DNA from: a virus
Lineage: Duplodnaviria > Caudoviricetes
IMG/VR virus record: IMGVR_UViG_3300033076_000862
Coordinates: 1 to 30,645 of that record
Strand: one strand, 5' to 3'
Length of the DNA: 30,645 bases
Below are positions 1 to 8,858 of the stretch, one piece after another; within the stretch, counting starts at the first letter, position 1, and every line of letters begins with the position of its first letter. Under the pieces are notes generated by a model. The model saw only the letters and a program-made list of their open reading frames with translations, made no database searches and was not told where the DNA came from. The translations under genes were made by a program, and so were the position numbers.

Positions 1-639
1 GGAGATAGATTGTGTGGGTTTATGGCGAGTGAATATGGAGAACATTATGTAGGGATTGACCCGAGAAAAGAAAATCATCCAATATATGAAGAACAATATC
101 AATTCTACAAAAAGCACAACGGATTTTTTGAAACCGATAAAAAAGCTACATTCCATTGCAGTCCAGCGGAAGACATGGATTATAGTGATTACATCGATTT
201 TTTTGACATTGTTTTCAGCTCACCCCCGTATTTCAACGTTGAGCGATATTCATATGATGATACCCAGAGTTGGGTTCGATACAACAATATTGAGGCATGG
301 AATAAGTTATTCCTACATGCGACTATTGAAAAAGTTTGGCCAACTATTCGGAAGGGAGGATACTTAGCAATCAACATTGCAGATGTGTACGCAGCTTCGA
401 AAGGGGATGGTAAAGGATACCAAGAGATAACAAACCCTATGAACGATTATATTAGTTCGCTAGGAGGAGAATATGAGGGTTGCTTGGGCATGGAAATGGC
501 AAAGAGACCGGGTAGCGCGGGAGCAGGTGCAATTATTGATGGGGATGAGGGTAGATATACCGAAGAAGCATTACTTAAAGCAGAAGAAGCAAAAAATAAA
601 ACATTTTGTGAACCAGTTTGGGTTTGGAAAAAACCTTAA
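1..639 (+). CDS. DNA amino-methyltransferase-like protein (N4-C/N6-A type), 5'-truncated by window edge
   Basis: Frame is open from base 1 (GDRLCGF, the tail of a GWGDR-type SAM-binding motif I). It has YVGIDP, catalytic FSSPPYF, and a C-terminal EPVWVWKKP that parallels EPIFIFYKP of 2364..3935. Confidence 0.75.
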   Translation, partial: GDRLCGFMASEYGEHYVGIDPRKENHPIYEEQYQFYKKHNGFFETDKKATFHCSPAEDMDYSDYIDFFDIVFSSPPYFNVERYSYDDTQSWVRYNNIEAWNKLFLHATIEKVWPTIRKGGYLAINIADVYAASKGDGKGYQEITNPMNDYISSLGGEYEGCLGMEMAKRPGSAGAGAIIDGDEGRYTEEALLKAEEAKNKTFCEPVWVWKKP

Positions 640-654
640 AGATTAAAGATTAAT

Positions 655-1569
655 ATGGCAAAAAACGGAAGAGTACAATCCAAAATATTACCAGTAGAAG
701 AAACCATATCTGTAAAAGACCAATTTGGGTTTTTACCTTTATCTGTAATTAAACCAACAAAGGAAAGTAAAGCAAAATGGAAAGAAGCATACTTAGATGA
801 TGGTGAAATTGAATTAAGACAAATAAGTGGTACTTACTCAAACGATGGTAGTACAGGTAGTCAAAAAATGTCTGAATTCCATGCTGGTATGGCTGAAAAC
901 ATAATCAGATATTGGTCTTTACCAGGTGCTAGAATCGTAGACCCATTTGCAGGTAGAGCAACGAGAGCAGTAGTTTCAACTAAATTAGGTAGAGATTACT
1001 ATGGATATGAAATTACACCAACTACACATAAAAGAGTAGTAAATCATTTTGAAAAAATAGGAGTTAAAACAAATTTGTATCTATCAGATGGTACTGAATT
1101 AAAAGAAACTCCTGATAGTTTTTCCGATTTAATCTTTACTTGTCCTCCTTATTACAATATTGAAAAGTATGAAAGTGTAGATGGACAATTGAGTGATTGT
1201 AAATCATACGATTCATTTATGGAGATGGTAGATAAATGTGCACAAAATTGTTTTAGAGTAGCAAAGGATGGTTCATTTTGTGTATGGGTAGTTGCTGATT
1301 TTAGAAGAGGTGGTAATTTATTTGATTTTCACGGAGATACAATATCATCATTCAAAAAAGCAGGATTCAATTATCACGATATTATGATAATGGAAAATAT
1401 ATCACCATATGCAAACTTTACAACATATCAATCAGCTTGTAAACGATATGCACCCAAAACGCATGAATATGTTTTAGTATTCAGAAAACCAGGTGAGTAT
1501 GAAATACCCGAATATTGTAGTGAAAATCTAATAGAATCTGATAGTAAATTAAATAAATTTTTTAAATAA
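655..1569 (+). CDS. DNA amino-methyltransferase (N4-C/N6-A type)
   Basis: Motif I IVDPFAGRATR, GYEI, catalytic motif IV variant FTCPPYY, HEYVLVFRKP. Confidence 0.8.
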   Translation: MAKNGRVQSKILPVEETISVKDQFGFLPLSVIKPTKESKAKWKEAYLDDGEIELRQISGTYSNDGSTGSQKMSEFHAGMAENIIRYWSLPGARIVDPFAGRATRAVVSTKLGRDYYGYEITPTTHKRVVNHFEKIGVKTNLYLSDGTELKETPDSFSDLIFTCPPYYNIEKYESVDGQLSDCKSYDSFMEMVDKCAQNCFRVAKDGSFCVWVVADFRRGGNLFDFHGDTISSFKKAGFNYHDIMIMENISPYANFTTYQSACKRYAPKTHEYVLVFRKPGEYEIPEYCSENLIESDSKLNKFFK

Positions 1570-1573
1570 AACA

Positions 1574-1611
1574 TTTTGACTTGGAAAAGTCAAAAAAATA
1601 TATTATCTTTG
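1574..1611 (+). promoter_or_regulatory. Bacteroidota-type primary-sigma promoter upstream of the sliding clamp gene, overlapped by a 9-bp inverted repeat
   Basis: TATCTTTG at 1604-1611 matches the -7 consensus TAnnTTTG, and TTG at 1581-1583 lies 20 nt upstream. TTTTGACTT-GGAA-AAGTCAAAA spans 1574-1595. The site sits in one of the few intergenic gaps. Confidence 0.7.
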
Positions 1612-1642
1612 TAAAACAATTAAATCTAAAAATAAAGTAAGT

Positions 1643-2362
1643 ATGAACAAAACAAGAATTACACGATTCATCCAAAAGTATAATTTGGCAGGATTAGTAG
1701 AATCGGTTGCATGGAAAGCAGCAGATGGAAAATTGGTTACTCGTTTTATCTCTGATGATAAGACAGTATTAGGTGAAATCCAATTGGATAATTTTACATT
1801 TAATGCACCGGAATTGGGAGTATATACAACATCTACATTGAATAAATTATTATCAGTAGTAGGAGAAGATGTTGAATTAGAAGTTCAGGAGTTAAGTGGA
1901 AAAGCAGTTAATTTATTCATTAAAAGTGATGGAACAAAAGCACAATTCCAATTAGCAGATTTAGCAGTTATTCCAACTGTACCTGATTTGAAATCATTAC
2001 CTGATTTTGATGTTAATATTGGATTTGATGGTAAGTTTATTGATAAATTTATCAAAGGTAAAAACGCATTATCCGATGTAGATACATTTACGGTATTAAC
2101 AGAAGATGGTGAGTTAAAAATTGTATTAGGATATTCAAATGTAAATTCAAATAGAATTGCATTCTCTGCTGAAAAAGATTATGAGGGAACTGTTAAACCA
2201 ATTTCATTCTCTGCAAAATATCTTAAAGAAATTTTCTCAGCAAATAAAGAAGCAACTTCAGTTACATTGAACATATCAACATCTGGTCTTGCTCACGTTG
2301 AGTTTAAGATTGATGACTTTACTGCAAAGTATTTTTTAGTAGAAGTTCAATTAACTACCTAA
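1643..2362 (+). CDS. gp45: Sliding clamp, T4 gp45-like DNA polymerase processivity factor
   Basis: 239 aa, beta-rich two-domain pattern (LGVYTTSTLNKLLSV; ISTSGLAHVEF...KYFLV). Located in a cluster with a family B polymerase and clamp loader. Assigned from size, pattern and context. Confidence 0.7.
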   Translation: MNKTRITRFIQKYNLAGLVESVAWKAADGKLVTRFISDDKTVLGEIQLDNFTFNAPELGVYTTSTLNKLLSVVGEDVELEVQELSGKAVNLFIKSDGTKAQFQLADLAVIPTVPDLKSLPDFDVNIGFDGKFIDKFIKGKNALSDVDTFTVLTEDGELKIVLGYSNVNSNRIAFSAEKDYEGTVKPISFSAKYLKEIFSANKEATSVTLNISTSGLAHVEFKIDDFTAKYFLVEVQLTT

Positions 2363-2363
2363 T

Positions 2364-3935
2364 ATGGCGTTTAATTATACAAAGAAGTATTTTTACGAAA
2401 GAAACGATTGGATTTACTCTCCGGAAATAAATCTTAAATACGAAGATGTATTGAAGATGCCTTTTCCTGAGTTTGGTAAATGGGTTGATTTCTTTCGTAA
2501 AACTGCGATTGAGCAGTGGAACAGAACGGATGCACCACCGAGAATTGGTATGGACGAAGCTGAAATTATTGAAAACTTTTCTAAACTACAAACATACAAA
2601 GTTAATGAGTTTAGTAAGGTAGATAAAGATGGTGATGAAGTTATTTTTAACTTTAACAAATTTGCCACTTGTGTAAATCAATTCTTTCCTGCTATGTACA
2701 AAACCGGTATCGGTGGTTCTGCATACGATAAACCCAAACCATCTATCTATGATATTTTTGTAGATGATGCGTATTTACCTGATTTCATTAAACAGATGAA
2801 CCGATTAACTCGTCAAGATGGTATGTATCGTTTTTCTAAAACATTACATTTAAACCATCCTGATTTCCATAACTCTCATATTCAAACCGGTAAGGAATGG
2901 ATTGAGAAGTGGGCAGCAGGTGATACTCAGCAAGGACATGGGTTTTGTTTATCTCAAGCAGATAGTAAAGTACCATCTCCACCAATTACTGCACAAGAAG
3001 TAAAGGATTTGTATAAAGCGGGTATATTAAAGTATGAAAATATTTCATCACTTAAAACTGCGGATTGGGGTGAGAATATTGATAATCTAATTGATATTCC
3101 AAAACAACCAATTCAGATTAAAACATATCCGTTTGGACAAACTATCTTTCCAGAAGCAACTGCGGCATTCCGTATTGGTATGGGAACACAAGCAGTAGTT
3201 AATTTTCCACCTTTAACTGCAAAGTATCTTTATCAAAGATTTACAGAGCATATTAAAGACCAAAAGGTTATAAACATTTATGACCCATCGGCAGGTTGGG
3301 GTGGTAGAATTTTAGGAGCATTATCGGTAGATGATAGAAATATTCACTACATTGGTAATGACCCAAATACGGAGAACTATATTCCTGAAATTGGTAAGAC
3401 TCGTTATGAGTATTTAGCTGAGTTTTTTAACAATAAGATTCCAGGCGCAAGTAATCCTTTTTGGGGACATCAAAATACCTACGAAGTATTTACAACTGGT
3501 TCTGAAATTATAGATGAGGAACCTGAGTTTCAAAAGTATAAGGGTAAATTAGATTTTGCATTTACATCACCTCCTTATTTTGATAGAGAACGGTATTCAG
3601 ATGATGAATCTCAATCATTTAAGAAATTCAATAATTACGATAGTTGGAGAGATGGATTTTTAAGACCTACTTTAACAACCGCATTTGAATATCTTCGTAA
3701 TGACAGATATATCTGTTGGAATATCGCAGATATTAAAGTGGGTAAGGATAAGTTTTTCCCATTAGAGCAGGATTCAATTGATATTCTTACAGAGTTGGGT
3801 TGTGAGTATAAGGGTAAGATTAAAATGACAATGAGTCCTATGACTGGTGTTGATTTGAGTGGAGTGAAAAATAGTATGAAAATTGGTGATATGGTTTATA
3901 AGTACGAACCAATCTTTATTTTCTACAAACCTTAA
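2364..3935 (+). CDS. Large DNA amino-methyltransferase-like protein with long uncharacterised N-terminal region
   Basis: C-terminal half has NFPPLTAKYLY, motif I IYDPSAGWGGR, YIGNDPN, catalytic FTSPPYF, NIAD and EPIFIFYKP. Confidence 0.75.
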   Translation: MAFNYTKKYFYERNDWIYSPEINLKYEDVLKMPFPEFGKWVDFFRKTAIEQWNRTDAPPRIGMDEAEIIENFSKLQTYKVNEFSKVDKDGDEVIFNFNKFATCVNQFFPAMYKTGIGGSAYDKPKPSIYDIFVDDAYLPDFIKQMNRLTRQDGMYRFSKTLHLNHPDFHNSHIQTGKEWIEKWAAGDTQQGHGFCLSQADSKVPSPPITAQEVKDLYKAGILKYENISSLKTADWGENIDNLIDIPKQPIQIKTYPFGQTIFPEATAAFRIGMGTQAVVNFPPLTAKYLYQRFTEHIKDQKVINIYDPSAGWGGRILGALSVDDRNIHYIGNDPNTENYIPEIGKTRYEYLAEFFNNKIPGASNPFWGHQNTYEVFTTGSEIIDEEPEFQKYKGKLDFAFTSPPYFDRERYSDDESQSFKKFNNYDSWRDGFLRPTLTTAFEYLRNDRYICWNIADIKVGKDKFFPLEQDSIDILTELGCEYKGKIKMTMSPMTGVDLSGVKNSMKIGDMVYKYEPIFIFYKP

Positions 3936-3944
3936 AATTAAAGT

Positions 3945-6503
3945 ATGTATCAAAACATTTATTACGAAAGACAAAAGAATTTAATTCACTTATGGGATGA
4001 TACTAATGGGTATCAAACATTTCCATACAGAAAGTATGCTTATGTTAAAGACCAATATGGTGAACATCGTTCTATGTATGGTGATAAACTACGGAAAATT
4101 TCTAAATGGGAAAAAGATGAATCTGCGGATTTATTTGAATCGGATGTACCAGAAACAACCAGAGTATTAGTTGATATATACGATTCTGATATTCCATCAA
4201 AAGGAAACAGAACAATGACATTTGATATTGAGGTTGAAATGATTAGTGGTTTACCTAATACTTTTGATGCAAAAAACGAAATCACCGCAATTGCAGCACA
4301 TGATGGTGTAAGTAAATTGTATGATGTATTTGTGTTGGATAAAGATAGAAAGGTAAAAAACACTGCTCAACAATTTAATAAAGATGGTCGCAGTGTTAGT
4401 GTACACATCTTTGATAATGAGAAGAATTTGTTATTAGCATTTTTAACTTATTATCAGGGTGTGAACCCTACTATTCTAACTGGTTGGAATATTGACTTCT
4501 TTGATATTCCATATCTTTATAATCGTATCAAAAGAGTATGTGGTGAGGGGCATGCAAAACGATTATCTCCTATTTCAGAAACATTCTATTCACCTTACAG
4601 ACAAAGATGGAGTTTTGGTGGTGTATCTATTTTAGATTATATTAACCTTTATAAAAACTATAACTACGGTTTAGAAAGTAGTTATACATTAGACCATATT
4701 GCAAAAAAAGAATTAGGTAGAGGTAAGGTAGAATATGAAGGGAGTTTGGATGATTTGTTTGAGAATGATTTAGAAAAGTTTATTGAGTATAACATAGTCG
4801 ACGTGGATTTAGTTGTTTCAATGGATGAAAAACTTCAATTCATTGAGTTATGTAGAGCAATCTGTCATGCGGGATTTGTTCCGTATGAAGATTATATGTT
4901 TTCATCAAAGTATTTGGAGGGTGCGTGTTTAGCGTATCTAAAAAAGAAAGGTTTAGTAGCACCAAACAAACCAAAGGATAGAAGAGAAAGAATGCAAGCT
5001 CTTAAAGATAATAATGAAGAGAAGTTTATTGGAGCATATGTGAAAGAACCTATCGTTGGTAAGTATGATTGGATTTATGATTTGGACTTAACATCTCTAT
5101 ATCCATCTATCATTATGACCTTAAATATTTCACCTGAAACAAAGATTGGTAAAATTGCTAATTGGGAACCTGAAGATTGGGTAAGGGGAGTAAATAAGAA
5201 TTATACAATTGTTGGAAAAGATGATACTTATGAATATAGTAGTTCAGAACTCCAAGAAGTTATAAAAGATAGCAACTTAGGAGTTGCGGCAAACGGAGTT
5301 TTGTACAATCAGGACAAACCCGGTCTTATTGCAGATATTCTGGATACTTGGTTCAAACAACGTGTAGAATTTAGAAAGCTAGAAAAGCAATATGGTGAAG
5401 CGGGTGATACGGAAAAATATGAATTTTATGCGAAACGCCAGCTTGTCCAAAAGATTCTTCTTAACTCTATGTATGGTGTTCTTGGTCTTCCTGCCTTTCG
5501 GTTTTACGATATTGATAATGCAGAGGCAGTTACGATTACGGGTCAAACTGTTATTAAGAAAACGGCAGAGATGGCAAACATCAAATATTGGAAAGAACTC
5601 GGAACTAAAGAAGATTACAACGTCTATATAGATACCGATTCAATTTATATGTTAGCAGAACCATTGGTTAAACACCGATACCCTGAATATAAAACATTTG
5701 ATGAAAAAAGAATGGCAGAAGAGGTAAACACTATTGCCGAAGAAACACAAACATTCTTAAATAATTTCTACGATTTATTATCAGAAAGATTCTTTGGTAT
5801 CCCAAAAGATAAACACAGATTCGAAATCAAAAAAGAGTATATTTCTAAAGCAGGATTTTGGGTAGCAAAGAAACGATACGCACAATGGATGATTTTAAAG
5901 AATGGTATTCCGTGCGATAAGTTAGATGTAAAGGGATTGGATGTAGTTCGTTCATCATTTCCAAAAGCATTTCAGGGGTTCATGTCTACAATGTTGAAAG
6001 ATATTTTGATGGGTAAAAACAATGATTATGTTGATAATAAACTATTAGAATTCAAAGCAAGTTTACCATCTCTTCCTGTTAAAACTATCGCAAAAGGTGG
6101 GGCAATTAAAGAATTAAGTAAATATGATAATGGTACTTGGAGAAAAGATAGTGGATTACAAATTGCTACTTTTGAGAAAGGAACTCCGGCGCACGTTAAA
6201 GCAGGTATTGCATATAATCGATTATTAAAATTCTTTAATTCACCGTTTAAACACGAACCAATTAGAGATGGTGATAAAGTTAAATGGGTATATTTACGAC
6301 AAAACCCATTAGGATTAGATACGGTTGCATTTAAAGATTACAATGACCCAAAAGAAATTATGGATTTCATTGAACAATATATCGATAGAGATATGATTTA
6401 TAAAGCAGAATTGGAAAATAAGTTAGATGATTTTTATAATGCATTAAAATGGGAAAAAGCATCAACCGAAGCACAAACTGCAAAAAAGTTTTTTAGTTTT
6501 TAA
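3945..6503 (+). CDS. gp43: Family B DNA polymerase with 3'-5' exonuclease (T4 gp43-like)
   Basis: Exo I FDIEV, Exo II GWNIDFFDIPYL, Exo III YNIVDV. Polymerase motifs DLTSLYPSII, KILLNSMYG, YIDTDS, KKRYA. No evident intein. Confidence 0.97.
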   Translation: MYQNIYYERQKNLIHLWDDTNGYQTFPYRKYAYVKDQYGEHRSMYGDKLRKISKWEKDESADLFESDVPETTRVLVDIYDSDIPSKGNRTMTFDIEVEMISGLPNTFDAKNEITAIAAHDGVSKLYDVFVLDKDRKVKNTAQQFNKDGRSVSVHIFDNEKNLLLAFLTYYQGVNPTILTGWNIDFFDIPYLYNRIKRVCGEGHAKRLSPISETFYSPYRQRWSFGGVSILDYINLYKNYNYGLESSYTLDHIAKKELGRGKVEYEGSLDDLFENDLEKFIEYNIVDVDLVVSMDEKLQFIELCRAICHAGFVPYEDYMFSSKYLEGACLAYLKKKGLVAPNKPKDRRERMQALKDNNEEKFIGAYVKEPIVGKYDWIYDLDLTSLYPSIIMTLNISPETKIGKIANWEPEDWVRGVNKNYTIVGKDDTYEYSSSELQEVIKDSNLGVAANGVLYNQDKPGLIADILDTWFKQRVEFRKLEKQYGEAGDTEKYEFYAKRQLVQKILLNSMYGVLGLPAFRFYDIDNAEAVTITGQTVIKKTAEMANIKYWKELGTKEDYNVYIDTDSIYMLAEPLVKHRYPEYKTFDEKRMAEEVNTIAEETQTFLNNFYDLLSERFFGIPKDKHRFEIKKEYISKAGFWVAKKRYAQWMILKNGIPCDKLDVKGLDVVRSSFPKAFQGFMSTMLKDILMGKNNDYVDNKLLEFKASLPSLPVKTIAKGGAIKELSKYDNGTWRKDSGLQIATFEKGTPAHVKAGIAYNRLLKFFNSPFKHEPIRDGDKVKWVYLRQNPLGLDTVAFKDYNDPKEIMDFIEQYIDRDMIYKAELENKLDDFYNALKWEKASTEAQTAKKFFSF

Positions 6504-6519
6504 CAATAAATAAAATAAA

Positions 6520-6804
6520 ATGTCAGAACAATTAGAATTATTCCCAGAAGAAAATGTTAAACTCACACCACCAACTCCAATTAATGATGCAGAATGGTGT
6601 TTTCAATTTTTTAATAACGAACCAATTGTATTCGCATATTCGGAAACGGGTGAAGAATCAACTCCATTAGTTTTAACTATTGAATCAAATGAATCAGAAG
6701 GATTGACATTCACACATAATGGAATGCAATTTAGAATTTTCCCTCGTCCAATTTCAGAAGAAACTAAAAAAGTAAGAGCAAAAGAAAATGAAAGTAAAAA
6801 TTAA
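6520..6804 (+). CDS. Hypothetical acidic protein (N-terminal QLELF)
   Basis: 94-aa ATG ORF filling the gap between polymerase and dUTPase, preceded by an A-rich leader. Confidence 0.65.
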   Translation: MSEQLELFPEENVKLTPPTPINDAEWCFQFFNNEPIVFAYSETGEESTPLVLTIESNESEGLTFTHNGMQFRIFPRPISEETKKVRAKENESKN

Positions 6805-7213
6805 ATTACTGCACGAAGCTGCAGTTAAACCAAAATATGCAAAGGAGAGTGATGCTGGATTAGATTTAGTAGCAACATCAATCATTTCTCAGACACCAAC
6901 TCAAATTACATATGGTTTAGGTATTGCAATGGAAATACCTGATGGTATGGTAGGTTTAGTATTTCCTCGCTCATCTATTCGTAATTATGATTTATCACTT
7001 ACCAATTCGGTGGGTGTAATAGATGCTGGATACAGAGGAGAATTACAGGCAACATTTCACAAAATAAATGGTGTAGCATCAAAAATTTATGAAGTTGGTG
7101 ACAGAGTAGTTCAAATAATCATAGTTCCTCATCCTGTAATTCAATTAAAAGTAGTAGATGAGTTAAGTGAAAGTGAAAGAGGTAAAGGTGGTTTTGGTTC
7201 AACAGGTAAATAA
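6788..7213 (+). CDS. dut: Trimeric dUTP diphosphatase
   Basis: All five motifs present: AGLDL, PRSS, GVIDAGYRGE, GDRVVQ, RGKGGFGSTG. Confidence 0.97.
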   Translation: MKVKIKLLHEAAVKPKYAKESDAGLDLVATSIISQTPTQITYGLGIAMEIPDGMVGLVFPRSSIRNYDLSLTNSVGVIDAGYRGELQATFHKINGVASKIYEVGDRVVQIIIVPHPVIQLKVVDELSESERGKGGFGSTGK

Positions 7214-7219
7214 AAAAAG

Positions 7220-8167
7220 ATGAGTTTTTTCGCAAACGAAAATAGTAAAAAAGAACATAGTTTATGGGTGGAGAAATACCGCCCACAAACACTTTCTGAA
7301 TATGTAGGAAATGAAACCGTAAAGGAAACAATTCAACAGTATTTGGATAATAATGATATTCCACATTTATTGTTACATGGTAAAGCAGGAACAGGTAAAA
7401 CTACACTTGCAAAACTAATCGTAAACACAATCAAATGTGACCATATGATTATCAACGCATCTGATGAGAATAACGTTGATACTGTCCGTAATAAGGTAAA
7501 AAACTTTGCATCTTCAATGGGATTTGCAGGATTTAAAATTATCATTTTGGATGAGTTCGATTATATGACTCCAAACGCACAAGCAATTTTGCGTAATTTA
7601 ATGGAAACATTTTCTAAACATTGCCGATTTATCTTAACGTGTAATTACCACGAAAAGATTATTGACCCAATCAAAAGTAGATGTCAAACATTCGCAATCA
7701 CACCACCTACAAAGAAAGATGTAGCAATTCAGGTTACTAGGATTTTAGATGCGGAAAAAATTAAATATGATATTAAAAATGTAGCTGATATTATTAGTTC
7801 ATATTATCCAGATATTCGTAGAATCTTAAATACTTGCCAATTACAATCTGCAAAAGGAGAATTAAAAGTAGACCATCAAATTATGGTTGAATCCAATTTT
7901 CAAACAAAGTTAGTAGATTTGTTGAAAGCAAATGATGACAAGAGAAATATGTTTATGAATATTAGACAGGCAGTTGCTGATAATAGATTAAATGATTATT
8001 CGGAAATGTATTCTATGTTATACGATAGAGTAGATGAGTACGCATCTGGTAATACTGCAAACGTAATCTTAACAATTGCAGAAGGTATATCAAAAGATGC
8101 ATTAGTAGTAGATAAAGAAATCGTATTTATGAGTACAATTATTCAAATTTTAAATATTATAAAATAA
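7220..8167 (+). CDS. gp44: Clamp loader AAA+ ATPase subunit (T4 gp44 / RFC small subunit-like)
   Basis: LWVEKYRP, Walker A GKAGTGKTT, INASDE, Walker B IILDEFD, SRC arginine finger, PDIRRILN. Confidence 0.93.
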   Translation: MSFFANENSKKEHSLWVEKYRPQTLSEYVGNETVKETIQQYLDNNDIPHLLLHGKAGTGKTTLAKLIVNTIKCDHMIINASDENNVDTVRNKVKNFASSMGFAGFKIIILDEFDYMTPNAQAILRNLMETFSKHCRFILTCNYHEKIIDPIKSRCQTFAITPPTKKDVAIQVTRILDAEKIKYDIKNVADIISSYYPDIRRILNTCQLQSAKGELKVDHQIMVESNFQTKLVDLLKANDDKRNMFMNIRQAVADNRLNDYSEMYSMLYDRVDEYASGNTANVILTIAEGISKDALVVDKEIVFMSTIIQILNIIK

Positions 8168-8406
8168 TGGAACAAGGATTACCAATGGGTATCAATTTAA
8201 ATGATGCCAGAGACATGGAATGTGATTGTGGTAATAAAATATTTATGCCAGGATTCAGATTCAAAAAATTATCAAGATTAGTAACAGGTCAAGCACAAGA
8301 TTCAATCATTCCAATTGAAACTTATTTATGTACTCAATGTGGTAAAGCATTGCAAGAATTACTACCTTTGGAATTAAGAGATAAACCATCATCAATCGTA
8401 GAATAA
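8167..8406 (+). CDS. Small zinc-ribbon protein
   Basis: 79 aa with CDCG...CTQCG; TAATG overlaps with both neighbours. Confidence 0.7.
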   Translation: MEQGLPMGINLNDARDMECDCGNKIFMPGFRFKKLSRLVTGQAQDSIIPIETYLCTQCGKALQELLPLELRDKPSSIVE

Positions 8407-8858
8407 TGGCAGGTAAAAAGTTATTTGACCACATTGCTGCAATTACATCGGAGCAAGACCCAAACTACTTTGATAAATTATCGGAGGAAGATATTAAGAC
8501 ATGGAGTAATTTTATGATTAATAGATTCCTTTCGATGAAACCTGAGTGGGTAGAACTCATTGCAACCATACTTCCTTTAACGCAAACTCTATCACCAAAG
8601 GAAATGTATAAGTTGTACATAAACATCATCCCTAAAGGAAAGTATTACCTAAAATATATTAAAGGAAAATCAGCAGAAAAATATGAGGAATGGCTTGTAA
8701 ATCTCATAAAAAATGAGTATATTTGTTCTGAACATCAAGCTATGGATTACATAGAAATTCTGTATTCTTCGAGAGAAGGTAGAGAAAACATTAAATTCAT
8801 CTGTGAAAAATATGGCATTGATTCAAAACAAATTACCAAACTTAAACTTAAAATATAG
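8406..8858 (+). CDS. Clamp loader small subunit, T4 gp62-like
   Basis: KLFDHIAAI...FMINRFLSM...YxxYIK pattern resembles gp62-like proteins of T4-like phages; lies just downstream of the gp44-like gene. Confidence 0.6.
   Translation: MAGKKLFDHIAAITSEQDPNYFDKLSEEDIKTWSNFMINRFLSMKPEWVELIATILPLTQTLSPKEMYKLYINIIPKGKYYLKYIKGKSAEKYEEWLVNLIKNEYICSEHQAMDYIEILYSSREGRENIKFICEKYGIDSKQITKLKLKI

Noticed and set aside
636-654. Tandem TTAAAGA-TTAAAGA-TTAA between the first two methyltransferases
   Set aside because: Only two short AT-rich units; compatible with chance or slippage, no functional inference possible.
1-3935. Classical type II restriction-modification operon
   Set aside because: The genes next to the methyltransferases are clamp and polymerase; no adjacent restriction endonuclease candidate within the window (upstream sequence unseen).
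3945-6503. Intein or intron in the DNA polymerase
   Set aside because: 852 aa with continuous family B motifs; no extra domain or splice-junction motif evident.
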